64,000 nucleotides of DNA from Phoronis australis (taxonomy: Eukaryota > Animalia > Phoronida): NCBI GenBank assembly GCA_002633005.1, contig NMRA01000001.1, positions 1,459,755 to 1,523,754 on the forward strand, written 5' to 3'. Positions 59,301 through 64,000 of the stretch are shown here, in pieces. Numbering within the stretch: position 1 is the first letter of the stretch; the number at the start of each line of letters is the position of its first letter. Below the pieces are notes generated by a model. It did not search any database. It was not told the DNA's origin and saw nothing but the letters and a program-made list of their open reading frames with translations. A program made the translations under genes and the position numbers.

Positions 59301-60169
59301 GCAGCAAACTAATGACGCGCTTAATTTTGAATACAACAATTTTTACTTTATGTATCTACTTATTGTGGTATGCTTGTAAGCATGAAGCAGAAAAGAAAAG
59401 ATATCGACAGGTAATCAGATGCATTTGTGGCACCACCTTGAATCTGGTATCCTTCGAGTTCCTTAGGTGTAAAGCTTTATCAGCCTAGATACCAAGACAT
59501 TGCCGTTGTTAGCTGCCGCAGCAGTCTTACGGCCTGTTCACACCCGGTGGGTGTGAACTCAGCTTTATAGCATACTTTCTTTTCTTCAGATAATCTTGGC
59601 CTTCATCGCATTGAGAACACGGACCACACTGAGACCGCGGTCAGCCTTCATGTGTATTCTCCACCATTCGACATGTGCAAGAGCTTTGACCAGAGGACTG
59701 GACGTGCCGTCGACGCAAAGGTGACGTTCTGGAGCAAATTTGGTGAAAGAACACCTTTCAAGGTATGCTTGACTACTCTGGCACCCCCTAGTGGAAATTT
59801 CTTGGGCATGGCCTAGGGGGGTTAAATTTTTTGCATCCACCATCACCGAGTTGATTGGGGTGAAACACAATATTGTGCGTGGGCATTTTGAGATGTTGGA
59901 CATTTTTGTTTGAATTGTCAAACTATCCCACTGCGCAACAATGACAATTATAAAAAGCCCTCAAATTTCCCTCTTCATAAAGATGTACGAGAATGCAGGT
60001 CACTGTCCACTAATCACCACCTAGCAACAAGACATAGTTCATCATGTCACCACTATATTTCATAAATTGACTGCTGTTTTTTCTGTTGTTTCATTCCAAT
60101 TAGATTCAATGTGCCAGTATAAAATGTACACTGCTTCCAATGGTATCGTTACCATCAGCATCTAAGTGA
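44173..60169 (+). CDS. CDO1: Cysteine dioxygenase type 1 (4 exons)
   Basis: Exons 44173-44363, 54483-54712, 59590-59762 and 60104-60169 with GT-AG introns (phases 2,1,0). Contains YTRN (substrate Arg), [20 protein letters not shown] (two Fe-binding His and the crosslink Cys), GLHRIEN (third His), SLHVYSPPF (Ser-His-Tyr triad) and FDQRTG...VTFWSKFGERT. Confidence 0.97.
44545..44700. repeat. ~150-bp repeat in CDO1 intron 1, inverted partner of 41042-41190
   Basis: aacttgacgacgtttggcctacg...ctatttcatggtt...gaagaagtcttggacttggagcctt is shared in reverse complement. Confidence 0.75.
45375..45419. mobile_element. 31-bp perfect palindrome with 7-8-bp target duplication (transposon excision footprint, P-like)
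   Basis: GTGTAAG|CAATGAGCTATACCA-G-TGGTATAGCTCATTG|GTGTAAG. Confidence 0.7.
47369..49478. mobile_element. Pair of related MITEs in inverted orientation (~47369-47714 and 48983-49478)
   Basis: GGCCCTTCATACTG / CAGTATGAAGGG-type ends. Shared inverted block GTTATCGTCAACAATTAAAGGGCAGTGTCGTTGCTAATA. Confidence 0.65.
49479..49820 (+). mobile_element. CAGTGGCAGA-type MITE plus flank, copy of 7332-7658
   Basis: Colinear with 7332-7658. Confidence 0.75.
51657..51783 (+). mobile_element. CAGTGGC-type MITE
   Basis: CAGTGGCAAATT...GGGGCCATGGCCCC...GGATCCGTCCCTG; same family as 49479-49638. Confidence 0.7.
54483..54712 (+). CDS. CDO1: CDO1 exon 2
   Basis: ttctag|[40 protein letters not shown]...VAYIN|GTAACA. 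Confidence 0.97.
56464..56998. mobile_element. ~535-bp MITE in CDO1 intron 2
   Basis: TIRs GAAGCGTGTTCAATAAAGTGAGCGCCCGC / GCGGACGCTCACTCTGTTGAACACGCTTC with inverted subterminal motifs. Confidence 0.75.
59590..59762 (+). CDS. CDO1: CDO1 exon 3
   Basis: tttcttcag|(D)NLGLHRIENTDHTETAVSLHVYSPPFDMCKSFDQRTGRAVDAKVTFWSKFGERTPFK|GTATGC. Confidence 0.97.
60104..60169 (+). CDS. CDO1: CDO1 probable terminal exon
   Basis: Long polypyrimidine tract and tag| acceptor; reads IQCASIKCTLLPMVSLPSASK*. No recognisable conservation, so less certain. Confidence 0.6.
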   Translation: MQCASIKCTLLPMVSLPSASK

Positions 60170-60313
60170 TGGTGGTTCACTTTTCGAATTAGAATCCTGT
60201 CAATCCGCAGCAAGATTGTTGTATACATAATTGAATCGGGCAGCGTATAAATCATACAGTATTGTTACTCGAACTGGAATCTTTCTGTTGATGTTGCAAA
60301 GCCGCTTGGCAAT

Positions 60314-61176
60314 TGACCTATCGCCAAGATTATGACGTACGGCTTAATTGACCAATCAGAACGCAGCATTCTTGGCACACCTTCGTCTGCGTTTCCAACT
60401 CGCCATTTTACCCGACAAACCACACGCAGTCGAGTAAAACTTACTTTAGTCTATAGCTCAAGAAATTGTCCGCTAAGCATGGGGAAACGGTGTTGATATG
60501 ATGTGTGTAGCACCGACAGCCGTTATGCTGCTCCAGAATAATATCCCGTCATTTTCTGGCACGTCCTAAGCCGAAAAATGATGTTGAAAAGCGTAAACTA
60601 TGGATCAAACTGTACGGCCACACAAGCAGCTGAACTTAGTGATGTTGCTTGATGACTCGAAGGCTATAATAAACACAAATATATTAGTTCCAAGATACGC
60701 ACTTTTCAGCTTGTTGGCTATGGTGCAGGGCTATCTCAGATTTTGACTCCCAAGTTGGCTACGTCTGGCCGCCTTTGTCTCGGCACCTGCTGGGTCTCAG
60801 CACTCTAGTGGTAGTACCTGGAAATTGTTGTTTTCAAGGACATTTTTATTTTATGGTTTTTTTATTTATTTCAACCTAATGGACATTATTTTGTTTCGTA
60901 TCAGAGGTACATTTTTGTTATTCATAAACCGTAAGCTGGAGTTCAACTGAACTTCTCTCCCGGTCAAAATTCAGAGATTCCCATATCATGAACGTACGAT
61001 TCACTGTTGAAAAGCATCGCCTCTTGTCTCTGTCGACGCGTTTTCAAATAGTGCAAAAAGACTCATCGATTCCACCAGGAACGTCGTTTAGCGACAGTGT
61101 ATTTGCCTCTGACATCTCGTTCGAATGTCGGGTATCACGTGACTTTTCGCATAGGGGCGGAGCTTGCGATAGGTCA
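60314..61176 (+). mobile_element. Non-autonomous ISL2EU-like element with THAP relic, just downstream of the CDO1 stop
   Basis: AT|TGACCTATCGC ... GCGATAGGTCA|AT termini. Decayed THAP from 60479: MGKRC*YDVCSTDSRY...PKPKNDVEKRKLWIKL..RPHKQLN. Confidence 0.75.
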
Positions 61177-61284
61177 ATTGTCAGGAGAACTATTTCAATT
61201 AATTTCCTGTTTTAAATTTATAATTTATGCGTCAATACCTTGGCCTGGATGAATAATAACATCCATTTTCAAACCTTCCAGCAT

Positions 61285-61760
61285 TTAAGGTTTCTCTGTG
61301 CTTACTGAAGTAAAGCGACTAGTCTTCGATTTTTCTCTGTGTGCTTCTATAATTATGTTTATTGAATTTAAGTGACGTCTTCAATTTTACTTTGTGTGTT
61401 TCTCAAAGTGTACTGAAGTAAATTGACAAAGAAAAGTGAGCCTTTTTCAATTTCTCTTTGCATGTTTTTCTATGTTTACTGAAGTGGCATGTCCTTAATG
61501 CTTTCTACATTTTTCAATGTTCACTGTGGTAAAATGACACATCTTCGATTTATCTTTGTACGTTTCTCTTTGTTTACTAAAGGGACATTACTTCGGTTTA
61601 TCTTTTTACATTTTTCTGTTTACTGAAGTTAAGTGATACATCTTCGATTTCTCTGTGCGTGTTTCTCAGTGTTTACTAATTATGTGATGCACCTTTGATT
61701 TGTCTTTGTACATTTGTCTATGTTTACTGAAGTAAAGTGAGACGTCTTTGATTTCTTGTT
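61285..61760. repeat. Degenerate minisatellite, about 9 units of ~45-60 bp
   Basis: Recurring tgtttactgaagtaaagtgacacatcttcgattt.tctttgtac.ttt consensus. Confidence 0.8.
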
Positions 61761-64000
61761 GCAGTCTTCCAATTCATTCCAATGGGACAGTGCTCATGGC
61801 TCTCCAGAAAACAATTGACATCCTCGCAACCCAGTGGAATTACCAAGTGCTCCGTAGACACGTTTTGTAAATAGAATGGGGCAATAAGTCTTGACAAAGC
61901 CAGTTAGCTTGTTCACAAAGGAAAAGTCCAGCATGTTTGTGATATTTTATGAGTATCTTTTATAGGTTATCAGTCCACAATGAGTTGCTTATGTTATGAC
62001 TAGTTTATTTTACGGTAATGGTTGTGAAATACAAATGTGTAATGTGAAGTTTATCTATAATTGTATTCAGTTAAAAGTGCTTTGAGTCAGTTATACTGAT
62101 GCTACAAAACCTGGTATATTGTGCAGCATTGCAATTCTGTTTCAGTATTGAAAAGGTCAACAATCTAAAAACAATGGGCTGTTTCGCTCCAATAGCATGC
62201 GATTTATTAATAACCAGAATTACAGAAAATAACAAGAAGACATGATTTTTCAATGAACACCGGTTTTTCACTTATACGTTTTAAGTTTATTAGATTTGAC
62301 CACTGATCTTTTTACGGACTGTATTATAACAAAAGGTTTTGACTGTCCAGGGGGATTAGCCTCGCTTCACTTCGACTTGTGTCTCCATCTTTTGAACTCA
62401 TCAAGTAATACCATTGATTTTAGTGTTATTGCTGAAGGTACATTCCATGTTTTTAGCCTTCTGACATTGATCATTGGTGGTCAATCAGATACATTCCAAA
62501 ATGTGAGATATTCTCTAAGATGGGTTGTGATAATGAGAGGAGGGGGTTCTTATCATTGGAATAGACGGAAAATGAAAAAGCATTCCCCATCATGGGGGCA
62601 TGTGTTGGACAAGGGTCGTACCTGACCTGAATACTTGCATTTCAATTGGTTGATGGCAATGTTGTTACACCTATAGTACAAAGTGAATTGTGATTCCTCA
62701 TTTGATGCGCATTCTCAGGCAGTCTGTAAACCGGTCATTGAGCTAAAACACTAGTGCTTTTTATAAAGGAACAAATTTCTTTGATTGTTCTTAAAGACCA
62801 AGGTTTTAGTTGTCATGAATTCTTTTCTTTTCTATTCGCTAGAAAATAATCAGAATTAACAAGTCTGTGCTCAGTGTGGATTTTCAAAAGAGTACCCAAC
62901 AACATAAAATCAAAAAAGCCCCCTGTGAAGGCTCTCGGGATCGTTTTGCGTTTCTGTCATTTGACGAACTAAGGTATGGAAAATGTGACAAGATGTACGT
63001 TTCCCAATTTTAGTCCTTAAAAGTACCATTGACATAATCGTTCATCAGTAAGTCAGCAGAGGCGTCACGCGACTACTCTTATAGTAGATAAACTGGTGCT
63101 GAATTGATTTCAAGTTCAGTGAAGTAAAAATTTTGGTACATGTAAAGACAAATCGCTGTTTCAGATGCCAGCTTCGCAAACGGTTGAATATTCTCAGTAA
63201 TCTGAAGTGCAGTGAATTGCTGCATCCTACAGCACTTATAAAGCCCACTGCTGGATGAGAGTGCTGTGACAAGCACTAAAAGTTTCCAAAGATTCTCAGC
63301 CCTTTTTTCCAAGCATGAGTGGTGGGGTTTGTGGACACGAAATAACTCCAGTAAAATGGACATTCCCCGAGGACTTTTTTGGAAATCCTCTGTAGCACAA
63401 AAATTAATGCTTCAAAGTGAAATGAGCTACGTGTAATAAACTAAGATGTGGCGCGGAATACTTAGACTTTTACCTACTAATGAATCTTGCATTTCTAGTT
63501 CTATGTTATTAACATATAGACTGGTGTAAGGAATGTATTGTTAATCTCATTAAACTCCTTTTACAGAAACATTTTCTTTTACTATTGGGGTATTCCTTTT
63601 ATAACTAATTTAGTAGCGAATGAGACTCCTTACCCTCGTCCTAGTTTGGCTATTGCACGTCAAGTCTTGCGTGAAGGTTACCCCAACTGCTGTACACCCT
63701 CATGAATTCCACAAGATTCGTATAGATTCAAATTGTTTTTTCTTTTCAAGTGGATTCTATGTTAAAATTTATTAGTTTAAGAACTTACGTTCACTAAGTT
63801 TGTACTCCTGAGTCTTGAAAGAGGAAGTTGCACTCTTCTTAGAGTTCAAACTAATAAACACTCATGTTTTTGCTACAGTGGTGCAATTTAGCTGTGACGA
63901 GTGCAAAATTCACAATTCACACTTGCCCATCGGGAACACAAATTCCCCATAAACTCTCAGTAGTTGTTATAAGCAGTAAAATAAGCTTTCATCTCCAAGG

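Noticed and set aside
61285-61760. CRISPR-like array
   Set aside because: Eukaryotic context, whole units are homologous, no unique spacers and no cas genes.
62296-63363. ORFs near the right edge
   Set aside because: No recognisable motifs or consistent splice structure.

Overview
AT-rich eukaryotic (invertebrate-animal-like) genomic DNA with spliced genes and many transposon relics. There is an N gap at 15825-16747 and single Ns at 23752, 33252 and 53067. Three protein-coding genes can be reconstructed by hand. (1) A minus-strand secreted reprolysin (M12B, ADAMTS-like) zinc metalloprotease with 8 exons from 24846 down to 259; it continues off the left edge, has an intact HELAHTLGANHD zinc motif and apparently no prodomain. 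(2) An intronless ~450-aa disordered, acidic protein of unknown family at 30540-31892 (+). (3) Cysteine dioxygenase CDO1, 4 exons, 44173-60169 (+). Introns and intergenic DNA carry a decayed RTE-X-like LINE, three THAP-bearing AT-TSD (ISL2EU-like) DNA transposon derivatives, several MITE families, long hairpins, a tRNA-derived Pol III cassette, micro- and minisatellites, and an 885-bp tandem duplication that is probably an assembly artefact. The best leads are the prodomain-less protease, an overlapping Met-Cys-Met uORF on CDO1, a 31-bp P-element-like excision scar, and degenerate hammerhead-like motifs in an inverted repeat pair flanking CDO1 exon 1. All calls are from manual reading; no database searches were run.
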